Notes under the pieces: model-generated
Told to the model about the DNA's origin: nothing
What the model saw: only the letters and a program-made list of their open reading frames with translations
Databases searched by the model: none
Origin: Candidatus Heimdallarchaeota archaeon
Lineage (GTDB): Archaea; Asgardarchaeota; Heimdallarchaeia; Heimdallarchaeales; Heimdallarchaeaceae
Length of the DNA: 48,806 nt
Assembly (NCBI GenBank): GCA_030608385.1
Contig: JAUWEG010000003.1
Span: 1-48,806, forward strand
Direction of reading: 5' to 3'
Part shown: piece after piece, positions 8,975 to 18,084 of the stretch
Layout: every line of letters begins with the position of its first letter
How positions within the stretch are numbered: the first letter of the stretch is position 1
Translations under genes and position numbers: made by a program

Positions 8975-10852
8975 ATGAGTAACGAAACAAAAAAAGAACT
9001 TGTCGTTGGAATTGATTTAGGTACAACTAACTCAGGTATCGCATATATGGTTGCAGGTAAACCAGAGATTATTCCAAATATTGAAGGAGGAAGAATCACT
9101 CCTAGTGTTGTTACCTTCAATGAGGACGGAACTCGTACTGTTGGAATACAAGCAAAAAGACAGGCTATAGTCTTGCCTGATAGAACTATCAGAAGTATTA
9201 AGAGAAAAATGGGCACTGATTTTAGATTTAAAGTAGATGATAAAGAATTTCACCCTGAAGAAATTTCTGCTATAATTCTATCTAAACTAAAAGAAGATGC
9301 TGAAACATATCTCAATCAGAAAATTCACAAAGCTGTTATAACTGTTCCAGCTTATTTCAGTGATTCTCAAAGACAAGCTACAAAAGATGCTGGAGAAATT
9401 GCTGGCTTAGATGTTTTGAGAATTGTAAATGAACCCACTGCCAGTGCTCTGGCTTATGGACTAGACAAAGAAGGTGCAGAAAGAGTTTTGGTTTTTGATC
9501 TTGGTGGAGGAACTTTCGATATTTCAATTCTAGAACTCGATGATGGATTATTTAGAGTAATTGCTACTTCTGGAAATAACCTACTAGGTGGGGATGATTG
9601 GGATCAAAGAATAATTGATTGGATTAGTGAAGAATTCAAGAAGAAAGAAGGCATAGATTTATCCAAAGATTCTAAAGTTGTTCAAAGATTAAAAGATGCG
9701 GCAGAAGAAGCTAAAATTGAACTAACATCTAAATTGAAAACACAAATCAGTTTACCTTACATCACAGCTGATGCTTCAGGACCAAAACATCTTGATATGG
9801 AATTATCTCGAGCTAAATTTGAAGATATGACTAAGGATTTAGTAGAGAAATGTGCTGGTCCTTCTAGACAAGCTTTGAAAGATGGAAAAATCAAACCTGG
9901 TGATTTAGACCAAGTAATCTTAGTTGGTGGTGCTACAAGAATGCCTATGATTAGAGATATGACCAAGGAGTTATTTGGTAAAGAACCACATAAAGGGGTT
10001 GCTCCTGAGGAAGTTGTTGCTTTAGGCGCTGCTGTTCAAGCAGCTGTTCTAGCTGGTGAAGTTAAAGATATCTTACTTCTTGATGTGACTCCTTTAACAT
10101 TGGGTGTTGAAACCTTGGGTGGAGTAATGACTCCTTTAATAGATAGAAACACTACCATTCCAGTTACAAAGAAGAAAGTCTTCACAACAGCTGCAGATAT
10201 GCAAACTTCTGTTGAAGTTCATGTTCTTCAAGGAGAAAGAACCATGGCTTCAGATAATATTACTCTAGGGCAATTTCAACTAGTTGGAATCCCCCCTGCT
10301 CGCAGAAATATTCCTCAGATTGAAGTTACGTTTGATATGGATGCAAATGGAATTCTACAGGTATCAGCCAAAGATTTAGGAACAAATAAGGAACAGAAAA
10401 TAACAATTCAATCTTCACATTTATCAGATGAAGACATTGAGAAAATGAGAAATGATTCAGAAAAATACAGCGAAGAAGATGAGAAACGAAAATTAATCAT
10501 CGAAGCTAAAAATACTGCAGAACAAGCACTATATTCTACTGAGAAAACAATAGAAGAATTAGGAGACAAAATATCTGATTCTGAGAAGAAGTCTTTAGAA
10601 GAAAAGATGGAAGAACTGAAGAAAGAAAACGAAACTGAAGATGCTGAGAAAATTAAAGCAAAAACTGATGAACTTATGCAAATTATGATGCAAATATCTC
10701 AGCGAATCTATCAGGAAACAGGTCAAGCTCCTGGTGAAGCTCAACCAGAAGGCAAATATACTCCTGATGCTCCTGGTGCTCCAACTCAACATGATATTGA
10801 TGAAGAACAAGTTATCGATGTGGATTATGAACCCGTAGAGGATGATGAGTAA
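8975..10852 (+). CDS. dnaK: Hsp70 chaperone DnaK
   Basis: Hsp70 signatures are clear: [19 protein letters not shown] and [10 protein letters not shown], with an acidic C-terminal tail. GGTGA lies 4 nt before the ATG at 8975. The 30-codon upstream extension in the ORF track is not Hsp70-like. Confidence 0.97.
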   Translation: MSNETKKELVVGIDLGTTNSGIAYMVAGKPEIIPNIEGGRITPSVVTFNEDGTRTVGIQAKRQAIVLPDRTIRSIKRKMGTDFRFKVDDKEFHPEEISAIILSKLKEDAETYLNQKIHKAVITVPAYFSDSQRQATKDAGEIAGLDVLRIVNEPTASALAYGLDKEGAERVLVFDLGGGTFDISILELDDGLFRVIATSGNNLLGGDDWDQRIIDWISEEFKKKEGIDLSKDSKVVQRLKDAAEEAKIELTSKLKTQISLPYITADASGPKHLDMELSRAKFEDMTKDLVEKCAGPSRQALKDGKIKPGDLDQVILVGGATRMPMIRDMTKELFGKEPHKGVAPEEVVALGAAVQAAVLAGEVKDILLLDVTPLTLGVETLGGVMTPLIDRNTTIPVTKKKVFTTAADMQTSVEVHVLQGERTMASDNITLGQFQLVGIPPARRNIPQIEVTFDMDANGILQVSAKDLGTNKEQKITIQSSHLSDEDIEKMRNDSEKYSEEDEKRKLIIEAKNTAEQALYSTEKTIEELGDKISDSEKKSLEEKMEELKKENETEDAEKIKAKTDELMQIMMQISQRIYQETGQAPGEAQPEGKYTPDAPGAPTQHDIDEEQVIDVDYEPVEDDE

Positions 10853-10876
10853 ATTCATAACACTCTAACCGATAAC

Positions 10877-10917
10877 ATTTTTATTCCCTTTTTATTTTCT
10901 ATTTTGTTAGCTTCTAA
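10877..10917 (+). terminator. T-rich tract downstream of dnaK (possible attenuating terminator)
   Basis: The tract reads CATTTTTATTCCCTTTTTATTTTCTATTTTGTT and contains the same CCCTTTTT unit. Confidence 0.3.
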
Positions 10918-10935
10918 AATAGATGAGGCCAAATC

Positions 10936-12099
10936 ATGTCCCAAAAACGAGATTACTACGAAGTCCTTGGAATATCAAAAGATGCCTCAGATTCAGATAT
11001 TAAGAAAGCTTTTCGAAAACTAGCTATGCAGCATCATCCTGATAAAAATCCTGATGATCCAGATGCAGCTGAAAAATTCAAAGAAGCTACAGAAGCTTAT
11101 GATATACTTTCTAATTCAGAGAAAAGAACTGCTTATGATAGATTTGGATTCGCAGGAGTTCATTCTGATTTCTCTTCAGTAAATTCTGGAGATTTCTCAA
11201 CAATTTCGGATTTATTCTCATCCCTCTTTAGAGATGACTTCATGGGTGATGACCTCTTTAGTCAATTTTTTGGAGGAAGACGTAGGTCTAGATCTTCAGG
11301 ACCCCAAAAAGGTTCAGATTTATTGATGAATTACCAAATTACTTTTACAGATGCAATATATGGAGCGCAAAAAATAGTAGAAGTTCCTATAAAGAAAGAA
11401 TGTGAAAAGTGCAAGGGAAGTGGAGCCCAAGAAGGAACACAACCAAAGAAATGTGACAATTGTCAAGGGTCTGGAATTGAAACTGTAACCAGACAAATGG
11501 GCTTTACAAGATATATTTCACAACAGAACTGTAGTAGATGTCAGGGTAAAGGGGAGAAAATTGATAAACCTTGTAAAGAGTGCAAAGGGTCTGGTAGATC
11601 TAAAGAAAATGAAAAATTAAAACTAGTAATACCTCCTGGTGTTGATTCAGGCTTCCGTCTAAGAATTCGCAACAAAGGAGAAGAGGGAAGATTAGGGGGA
11701 CCTAGAGGGGATCTTCAAATAAGATTGATAGTTGAGCCCCATTCGTTTTACAAGAGACAAGCGGATAATATCATTGTGGAAATAGAAATTCCATTTCCTC
11801 TAGCTATTCTTGGAGGAGAACTTGTTATTCCGACACTTTATGGACCAGAAAAAGTAAAAATTCCTAAGAAGACAAGAGAAGGAAGCGTACTCCGATTACA
11901 AAGAAAGGGTATTCAACGAAAAACTCAATATGGAATGAATTATGGCGATTTCTTAATTGTTGTTCATTATTCAGTCCCTGAAAGAATATCTGAGGAAGAA
12001 AAGAACCAGTTAATAGAACTGAATAAAATTATGAAAATGCCTTCAAAGCAATCAAAGCTTTTTGATGAACTGATTAAAGAGTCAAAGGAAAAAAAGTAG
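10936..12099 (+). CDS. dnaJ: Hsp40 co-chaperone DnaJ (type I)
   Basis: It has a J domain with HPD (DYYEVLGI...HHPDKN), a G/F-rich linker and four CxxCxGxG zinc-finger repeats (CEKCKGSG, CDNCQGSG, CSRCQGKG, CKECKGSG). Confidence 0.95.
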   Translation: MSQKRDYYEVLGISKDASDSDIKKAFRKLAMQHHPDKNPDDPDAAEKFKEATEAYDILSNSEKRTAYDRFGFAGVHSDFSSVNSGDFSTISDLFSSLFRDDFMGDDLFSQFFGGRRRSRSSGPQKGSDLLMNYQITFTDAIYGAQKIVEVPIKKECEKCKGSGAQEGTQPKKCDNCQGSGIETVTRQMGFTRYISQQNCSRCQGKGEKIDKPCKECKGSGRSKENEKLKLVIPPGVDSGFRLRIRNKGEEGRLGGPRGDLQIRLIVEPHSFYKRQADNIIVEIEIPFPLAILGGELVIPTLYGPEKVKIPKKTREGSVLRLQRKGIQRKTQYGMNYGDFLIVVHYSVPERISEEEKNQLIELNKIMKMPSKQSKLFDELIKESKEKK

Positions 12100-12110
12100 A
12101 CTACTAGTCA

Positions 12111-12132
12111 TTCCCTTTTTAGATACTTTTTT
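12111..12132 (+). terminator. oligo-T terminator downstream of dnaJ
   Basis: TTCCCTTTTTAGATACTTTTTT begins 12 nt after the dnaJ stop. Confidence 0.35.
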
Positions 12133-12158
12133 AATTTCCAAATTTCTATTATTTACTA

Positions 12159-12971
12159 ATGAGTGAAGAATTTGTTCGTTGTCCAGAATGCGGAAATATA
12201 AACATAAAAGGGACTAAAAAATGTGTTTTCTGTGATACAGATATATTAGAAGCTGAAGTTGTAACTCATGAGGTTGAAGCTCCTCCTGAAATCGCAGAAG
12301 CTCCTCCTGTTGAAATTCCTGCTACTATTTCTCCTGAACTGGAATCTGTAGAAGAAGCATCTTCCCCTAGGTTACCTGATTTTGATAAAATTGATAAACC
12401 AGTTGCAAAAAAGAAAAAAACAAAAGAAAAAGATATTTTAATTACAGATTCTGCAGATAAAAAATACAATTTTGGACAAAAACTTTTGTTCATTTCACTT
12501 TTCACAGTATTAGTGTCTCTCATTCATTATACTTTGAACTTCCTTATTGCATTAGCTTCAATAGATATAATTGATCAAAACTTGAACATCATTCCTTTTC
12601 CCGCAAATATATTGGACTTTCTACAGATCCGAAGTATTTCATTCTTACTTGGTATTCCATTTGCTGTTCTAATAGGATATGTTCTTGGAAAAATAGTAAG
12701 GAAATTCACAAGTGATAAGAAGAGTACTATGAAATGGGTAGCTTTTTCTTTCTTTTTAGATATAGTTCTTAATATAACATATGCTGTAGTCTTAGTGATC
12801 CTAACAAATGCATTAGATGAGAAGGACATTTTGTTTGCTTGGATAACTGGTGCTGTTTTCATTTTCTTAATAACACTAGTGATAACTTTGTTCATTCCAA
12901 TGATTTCAGGATCTTTCTTTCTTTTTGGCAATATTGACAAAGTATTCTTCCGACGCAAATATGCAAAGTAA
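12159..12971 (+). CDS. zinc-ribbon membrane protein (unknown function)
   Basis: An N-terminal CPECG-x12-CVFCD zinc ribbon is followed by a Pro/Glu/Ala-rich linker with repeated EAPP units, then about 5 predicted TM helices. Confidence 0.6.
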   Translation: MSEEFVRCPECGNINIKGTKKCVFCDTDILEAEVVTHEVEAPPEIAEAPPVEIPATISPELESVEEASSPRLPDFDKIDKPVAKKKKTKEKDILITDSADKKYNFGQKLLFISLFTVLVSLIHYTLNFLIALASIDIIDQNLNIIPFPANILDFLQIRSISFLLGIPFAVLIGYVLGKIVRKFTSDKKSTMKWVAFSFFLDIVLNITYAVVLVILTNALDEKDILFAWITGAVFIFLITLVITLFIPMISGSFFLFGNIDKVFFRRKYAK

Positions 12972-12974
12972 TCG

Positions 12975-13424
12975 ATGGTGAATTTCTTGGGATTTGATGA
13001 TAAATTATCTAATTTCCTTAAGCATGAAATTGACTCAATTAATATGCATCTTCCGAAAAAGAGAGTTACTCTTGAACAAGCTCTTAAAGGATACAATTAT
13101 TACGTTAGTCGCGAAAATATCCAGCTTTACATTGATAAAAAAGAAATAGATTTATTACATTCTCTATGTCCTCAAGAGCTGTTTACATCAGTTCAACTGC
13201 CTATTTTAATTATAAGACGGAGAGATATTGGGCAAGGAACCTATGTTATTTCTGGGGAATTAATTGAACAATATTTAGTTCTTAAAACGTTAGAGAAGAT
13301 AGAAATTGATTGGGCTAAATTTCTAGAAGAACAGATAGCTTCTAAGGAAATTTACCTTTATAAACCAGATTTGATACAAGTAAGAAAAAAACTTCCCACA
13401 AGTACAGTTATTGGATTTTCCTGA
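12975..13424 (+). CDS. small conserved archaeal protein, DUF61/UPF0216-like
   Basis: The pattern INMHLPKKRVTLEQAL...KKEIDLL...LPILI...GQGTYVISGE resembles my recollection of the DUF61 family consensus. It starts 3 nt after the preceding stop. Confidence 0.45.
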   Translation: MVNFLGFDDKLSNFLKHEIDSINMHLPKKRVTLEQALKGYNYYVSRENIQLYIDKKEIDLLHSLCPQELFTSVQLPILIIRRRDIGQGTYVISGELIEQYLVLKTLEKIEIDWAKFLEEQIASKEIYLYKPDLIQVRKKLPTSTVIGFS

Positions 13425-13500
13425 AATAATGTAGGTGATTTTAGCTTAAGACCACTTGGATTGGGAAAAAAGTTTTAACATTCTAAAAAAAAGCATAAAC

Positions 13501-14685
13501 ATGAATAAGTATTCAATTTCAAAAGAAAACCATCTTAGACGAGTTGAAAGAGTTAAGGATTTCATGGATAAAAAAGAACTTGGTTCAATGATTTTCTTTA
13601 GTCCATTATCAATTTATTATCTGACAGATTACCACTTTATTCCAACTGAAAGACCAATCTGTTTAGTTCTCCCCCGTTCTCAAGAACCTTGGTTTTACGT
13701 CCCTCGATTGGAAAAAGAACATCTTATTGAGAAAATTCCTTGGGTAGAAAGAGAAATTTATTTTGAATATCCTGATGAAAAACATCCAGCAAATGTCTTT
13801 ATTGATAGACTTGAAGAAAGAAAAGTTACAAATCAAAAAATTGGGATGGAATCCCCATCATTTTCAAGTTATTGGGGATATGAAGGACCAAAACTAACCG
13901 ATCTTCTTGAAGGTAAAGCTACAACAGAGTTACACTCTAATCTAATCAGAGATATGAGAAAAATAAAGGATGAAGAAGAGCTCAGTTTAATTAAGATTTC
14001 AGCCAAGTATGGAGATTTAGCTCACCATTTGTTGCAGGATTATACTGCTGAAGGTAAAAATGAAGTAGAAGTTTCTTTACAAGCTTGCATGGAAGCATCT
14101 GAAAAAATGCTTGAAGATTTGGAAGGATTCATTCCTAGAGGGTTACTTCCAGCTGGAGCTGGATACAGGGGGCAAATTGGAGAATGGTCAGCTATACCAC
14201 ATTCAGTAATTCAAAAAACCATATTCAAAAAGGGAGATGTTCTAGTTACTGGTGCGTCTGCAAATGTTTCTGGATATCATTCTGAATTGGAAAGAACAAT
14301 GTTTATTGGTCCACCTAACGAGAAGCAAAAAAGATACTATGATGCAATGAAAAAATCACAAGATGCTGCGTTAGATGCATTTAAACCCCACATTCCGTGT
14401 AGTGAAGTAGATAAAGCTGCAAGAAAAGTCCTCAAGGATGAAGGTGTTTTCCATCTTGTTCAGCATCACACTGGACATGCTATAGGACTTGAAGGACATG
14501 AAGCACCTTTCTTAGATATAGGAGTAGAAGAGATAATGAAACCAGGAATGGTTTTTACATGCGAACCAGGAATATATGAGTATAAGTTTGGTGGTTTTAG
14601 ACACTCTGACACAGTTATCATAACTGAAGATGGTTCTGAATTAATAACTCCTTATCCAAGAGATCTTGAAGAGCTGATAATTTAA
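13501..14685 (+). CDS. M24B (Xaa-Pro peptidase/creatinase fold) family protein with incomplete metal-ligand set
   Basis: Pita-bread fold motifs are present: GYHSELERT, HHTGHAIGLEGHEAP, CEPGIY and GGFRHSDTV. The ORF-track start at 13456 is TTG, so the ATG at 13501 is preferred. See the finding on this gene for the ligand substitutions. Confidence 0.8.
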   Translation: MNKYSISKENHLRRVERVKDFMDKKELGSMIFFSPLSIYYLTDYHFIPTERPICLVLPRSQEPWFYVPRLEKEHLIEKIPWVEREIYFEYPDEKHPANVFIDRLEERKVTNQKIGMESPSFSSYWGYEGPKLTDLLEGKATTELHSNLIRDMRKIKDEEELSLIKISAKYGDLAHHLLQDYTAEGKNEVEVSLQACMEASEKMLEDLEGFIPRGLLPAGAGYRGQIGEWSAIPHSVIQKTIFKKGDVLVTGASANVSGYHSELERTMFIGPPNEKQKRYYDAMKKSQDAALDAFKPHIPCSEVDKAARKVLKDEGVFHLVQHHTGHAIGLEGHEAPFLDIGVEEIMKPGMVFTCEPGIYEYKFGGFRHSDTVIITEDGSELITPYPRDLEELII

Positions 14686-14700
14686 AGCTCATTTCTTTTT

Positions 14701-15621
14701 CTAATTATTTTTTGTCAGGATATGTATTGTGTCCTCACCTATGTACACAGTTTCCTCTTCTTGTGTAACAGGAGCATCTGTAGCTTCAATTAGAACAGGA
14801 TATCCATGAACAATATTGCGTTTTAGTAGAAAATTCCTTGTTTTATGTATTTTTTCTTTTGAATAGCCAGCATTGTATACCCATCTCCAACTGAAGGGTA
14901 ATCCATTGAAGTTATCATCAATAAACCTGTAAATTTCTCTGAATTGGCTTGATAGTGATGATGCATCTATTTTCTTATACTGTCTAAAAATTGTTTCTTG
15001 ATCAGTATCAATTACTCTCCCTATTCCAGGAGTAACAAAAGGTTCAATTGCGTAAGCTTTGCCTATTTTGAATACATGTGTGGAATCTCTAGCTTCTTTG
15101 GATACACTGTAATTGGGAATAGAAATACCATCATGTAAAGAATAATGAGAGAGTGAATGTCCGCTTAAATTCACAATGGGCTTGAAACCTTCTTCTTCTA
15201 TAGTTTTTTGAACAATTTCTCCGATTCTAAAAACACTTTCATTGGCTTTTACAGCATTCAAGGCAGAGTTGAGCGCTTTTCTAGCAAGATTTTTCATTGG
15301 TAGCCATTTTTCATCAAAAACTAAGGTTCTTGCTGCATCTGTAAGATATCCATCAACAGAGACACCAGCATCAATTTTTACAATAGAGGCTTCTGGTATG
15401 ATACTTTCGTCTTCTATTCTTGGAGAATAATGTGCAGCGATTTCGTTTATTGAAATGTTTACAGGAAAAGCTGGAACTACAGATTGTCCTCGGATATAGT
15501 CCTCAGTTTTTTCTGCAATGTCCAATAGCTTTATCCCAGGTTTAACTAAGCCTTTAGCATATTCGAGAGCCATTGCTAAGATATGACCAGATTTTTTATA
15601 CTTCTCGAATGATTCATTCAT
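14701..15621 (-). CDS. map: methionine aminopeptidase, type 2 (archaeal/eukaryotic type)
   Basis: It has M24A type-2 architecture of about 300 aa. The full ligand set is present: IDAGVSVDGYLTDAARTL (D, D), SGHSL (H), YAIEPF (E) and EETVYI (E). Confidence 0.9.
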   Translation of the reverse strand: MNESFEKYKKSGHILAMALEYAKGLVKPGIKLLDIAEKTEDYIRGQSVVPAFPVNISINEIAAHYSPRIEDESIIPEASIVKIDAGVSVDGYLTDAARTLVFDEKWLPMKNLARKALNSALNAVKANESVFRIGEIVQKTIEEEGFKPIVNLSGHSLSHYSLHDGISIPNYSVSKEARDSTHVFKIGKAYAIEPFVTPGIGRVIDTDQETIFRQYKKIDASSLSSQFREIYRFIDDNFNGLPFSWRWVYNAGYSKEKIHKTRNFLLKRNIVHGYPVLIEATDAPVTQEEETVYIGEDTIHILTKNN

Positions 15622-15678
15622 TGCTTCTCTACCTTATTATATTCTGAGAATAGAATCTCTCATTTATTGTTTGTGTTT

Positions 15679-16098
15679 TTACCGATTTTTGTTTTTAATC
15701 TGCCCTAGAGTGGAATAGATTGTGTCACCTATAATTGTTGATATTAGAGTGGTTTTTGTGTTACCTCTCATGCCAATAGTTTCAAAGAAACCTAAATCTC
15801 TGAGTTTAGTTATATTCCATTTAGCTGTTGAAAAGGAAATATCCAACTTTGTTGAGATTTTTTCTGCTAAACGGTTTAGAGATATTCTTTTTCTTTCTAT
15901 TTGAATATAACTTTCAAAGAAAATTCCTTTTTGTTTATCATTTAATTGATCAAACAAAATGATTAAACTCTGATGAAGTAAATCAAACAAAAATAAGTTA
16001 TCTTTTTCAAGCTTCCTTATCCTCTCTTGAGCAAAGGCGATCCCTTCTTCTGAGTAGTCTAAGCTTTCCAGTTCCGTTGGATTTAACAAAACGTTCAC
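15679..16098 (-). CDS. small winged-helix DNA-binding protein (putative regulator)
   Basis: The C-terminal half reads like an HTH/wHTH (LAEKISTKLDISFSTAKWNITKLRDLGFFETIG). It is divergent from the ATPase/coiled-coil operon. The start is GTG, so its position is uncertain. Confidence 0.45.
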   Translation of the reverse strand: MNVLLNPTELESLDYSEEGIAFAQERIRKLEKDNLFLFDLLHQSLIILFDQLNDKQKGIFFESYIQIERKRISLNRLAEKISTKLDISFSTAKWNITKLRDLGFFETIGMRGNTKTTLISTIIGDTIYSTLGQIKNKNR

Positions 16099-16260
16099 CT
16101 ATCATATTTGCACCTCAGCGTTTGAGTAATACAATATCTAGCATTTACACTTTTAATGTTTTCTACTTACAAGTAAGATATACTTTAAGAATGTATTTCA
16201 ACAGAGTTACTTTTGATAAAAAAATCTATAGTATTAGTGGAGATTATCAACATTCATAGA

Positions 16261-16268
16261 TTTTATAA
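16261..16268 (+). promoter_or_regulatory. archaeal TATA box of the ATPase/coiled-coil operon
   Basis: TTTTATAA lies about 50 nt upstream of the ATG at 16312. It is followed by the SD-like GTGAGGT at 16302..16308. Confidence 0.35.
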
Positions 16269-16311
16269 GATATGGTTAACATAACCAAAATGAAATATAA
16301 CGTGAGGTCAT

Positions 16312-18075
16312 ATGAGTACTCAAGATTCAAACCTTTTCCAACCTTGCAATCCTGACGATTTTTATGGGTTAAGAGACTTTATCAAAGACTTTAGTCAGAT
16401 TAAAGAAAACATGAAGAAAGAAGGAGAAAAAACTAATTCTATACTTCTAGTTGGTGATGAAGGAACAGGAAAAAGTTCTCTTTTAAGAAAATTATTTTCC
16501 TCTATATCTGTAAGGAAAGATATTTTCCATATGTTTGATTTAATACCTGAAGAAAAAGATTTGTTAGGGTTCTTCAAAGAATGGAAAAATATGATTGATG
16601 AGATATCTCCAGATTGGCGTTCAGTTCTTGAAAAAGTAGGAAAAAAGAAATTAGGTGATGATCTTCCTGCCCTCAAGGAGAACATCAAGAAACAAACTTC
16701 CCAGACTTATACTGAGATTTATGTCAATTTGTTTTTCGAGAATCTAGATAAAGTTAATCAAAAGCTACAGGAGACACAAACAACTTTGTATTTCTTTGTA
16801 GATAATATTCATTTATTCAAATTGATGGATATTCAAGAGTTTTACCCAATTTTCTCAACTATAATTAAGGAACTATCTATTCGAGGATACAACATTGTAG
16901 TTATCACAGCTCTAACAAAGCAATATCTTGTTGATTTTGACTATGAAAAGAATTTAACAGACAATTCAAAGATTTTTAGTATAGAACCTCTATCTGTTTC
17001 AGATACTGAGATTTATCTTCGACGAATTGCACCTCAACTTGTAAATAAAGGGATTCTAGAACTTGTTAATAATAGTCAAAGAACTTTCTTTGATCTAAAC
17101 TTAGGTAACTTTTTCATCAAATCTGGATTTGAAATCGATGATTTCGTTGAAAGAAATATTCCTAAGGTCTTTAGTCTTACAGACGAAGAGGAGTCTGTCT
17201 TATCAGAAATGGCCTCATTCAATGAAAATCTTTTCTTGATTGAACAATTAACTGCATATGTTCCACTTGAAGCTATCAAGTCACTTGAAGAAAAAGGATT
17301 TTTGTGGATTGGTTCAACATATGCTCGTTTAGTTCAAGAATCCTTATTAACAGCGATGAAGTTCCGAATGAGATTATTCAGTCCCATTACCTCACTGATG
17401 GTTACACTTGATTCAATTCTAGAGGATTTGAGCAAATACATTTCTCCATCAGATAAGATTATAGAAAAAGTTGGGAGCTTATCGGGTAAAATTAGAGACA
17501 GACTTGCTGATTTTGCAATAGCTTCAAAAATTCAAAAAATCGCTAATATATGTATCGAGAGAAAAATGTATCAAAAGGCATATGATTTAACATTAATCAA
17601 TACTCAACAATTTGAGCAAATTAATGAATTAGAGCAAGCAGGAGCATTCTGCGAAAAAATCGCAAGAGAATTCGAAGAAAAGAACTTCTATTTTGCAGCT
17701 AGACTTTACCTGAAATCTGCTTCTTATTACAAAGCAGTTGAAGAAGAACTTAAAGCAAATAGATCCTATGCAAGAGCTGCAGATCAATTTGAGAAACTAT
17801 CAGTAACACTGCCTGTGGAAAAAAGTGAATACGCTATACGCGGTTACTTGAAATCAAGCCTTGATTGTTATAAGAACATGGGGGACAAAACTAACTTCGA
17901 AAGAATTAGGAAAAAGGCAGTTGAGATGTTTGAAAAGGAAAGCATACATCACAATTATTTTACAAATATGATTTACGGGAGAGAAGAGGAATTACAGATT
18001 CCTTTAGAAGAACCTGAGCCAAAAGAAGTAGAAGAAATTTCTATTGAAAATATTGAAAAAGAATTGGATTTTTAG
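16312..18075 (+). CDS. STAND/ORC-like P-loop NTPase (archaeal ATPase type) with wHTH and C-terminal TPR/alpha-SNAP-like helical repeats
   Basis: It has Walker A LLVGDEGTGKSSLL and a Walker B-like LYFFVDNIHLF. The middle region is wHTH-like (LIEQLTAYVPLEAIKSLEEKGFLWIG). The C-terminus carries paired amphipathic helices (AGAFCEKIA, ARLYLKSASYYKA, YARAADQFEKL, LDCYKNMGD). TTTTATAA at 16261 and GTGAGGT lie ahead of the ATG. Confidence 0.7.
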   Translation: MSTQDSNLFQPCNPDDFYGLRDFIKDFSQIKENMKKEGEKTNSILLVGDEGTGKSSLLRKLFSSISVRKDIFHMFDLIPEEKDLLGFFKEWKNMIDEISPDWRSVLEKVGKKKLGDDLPALKENIKKQTSQTYTEIYVNLFFENLDKVNQKLQETQTTLYFFVDNIHLFKLMDIQEFYPIFSTIIKELSIRGYNIVVITALTKQYLVDFDYEKNLTDNSKIFSIEPLSVSDTEIYLRRIAPQLVNKGILELVNNSQRTFFDLNLGNFFIKSGFEIDDFVERNIPKVFSLTDEEESVLSEMASFNENLFLIEQLTAYVPLEAIKSLEEKGFLWIGSTYARLVQESLLTAMKFRMRLFSPITSLMVTLDSILEDLSKYISPSDKIIEKVGSLSGKIRDRLADFAIASKIQKIANICIERKMYQKAYDLTLINTQQFEQINELEQAGAFCEKIAREFEEKNFYFAARLYLKSASYYKAVEEELKANRSYARAADQFEKLSVTLPVEKSEYAIRGYLKSSLDCYKNMGDKTNFERIRKKAVEMFEKESIHHNYFTNMIYGREEELQIPLEEPEPKEVEEISIENIEKELDF

Positions 18076-18084
18076 GTGAGTAAG

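Noticed and set aside
12575-13096. A 173-aa minus-strand ORF.
   Set aside because: It lies fully antisense to two well-supported plus-strand genes. It has low-complexity, Lys/Ile-rich composition typical of AT-rich antisense frames, with no motif and no SD.
14686-14700. A bidirectional hairpin terminator between the convergent M24 genes.
   Set aside because: The spacer is only 15 nt (AGCTCATTTCTTTTT). It is T-rich on the plus strand but too short for a convincing structure.
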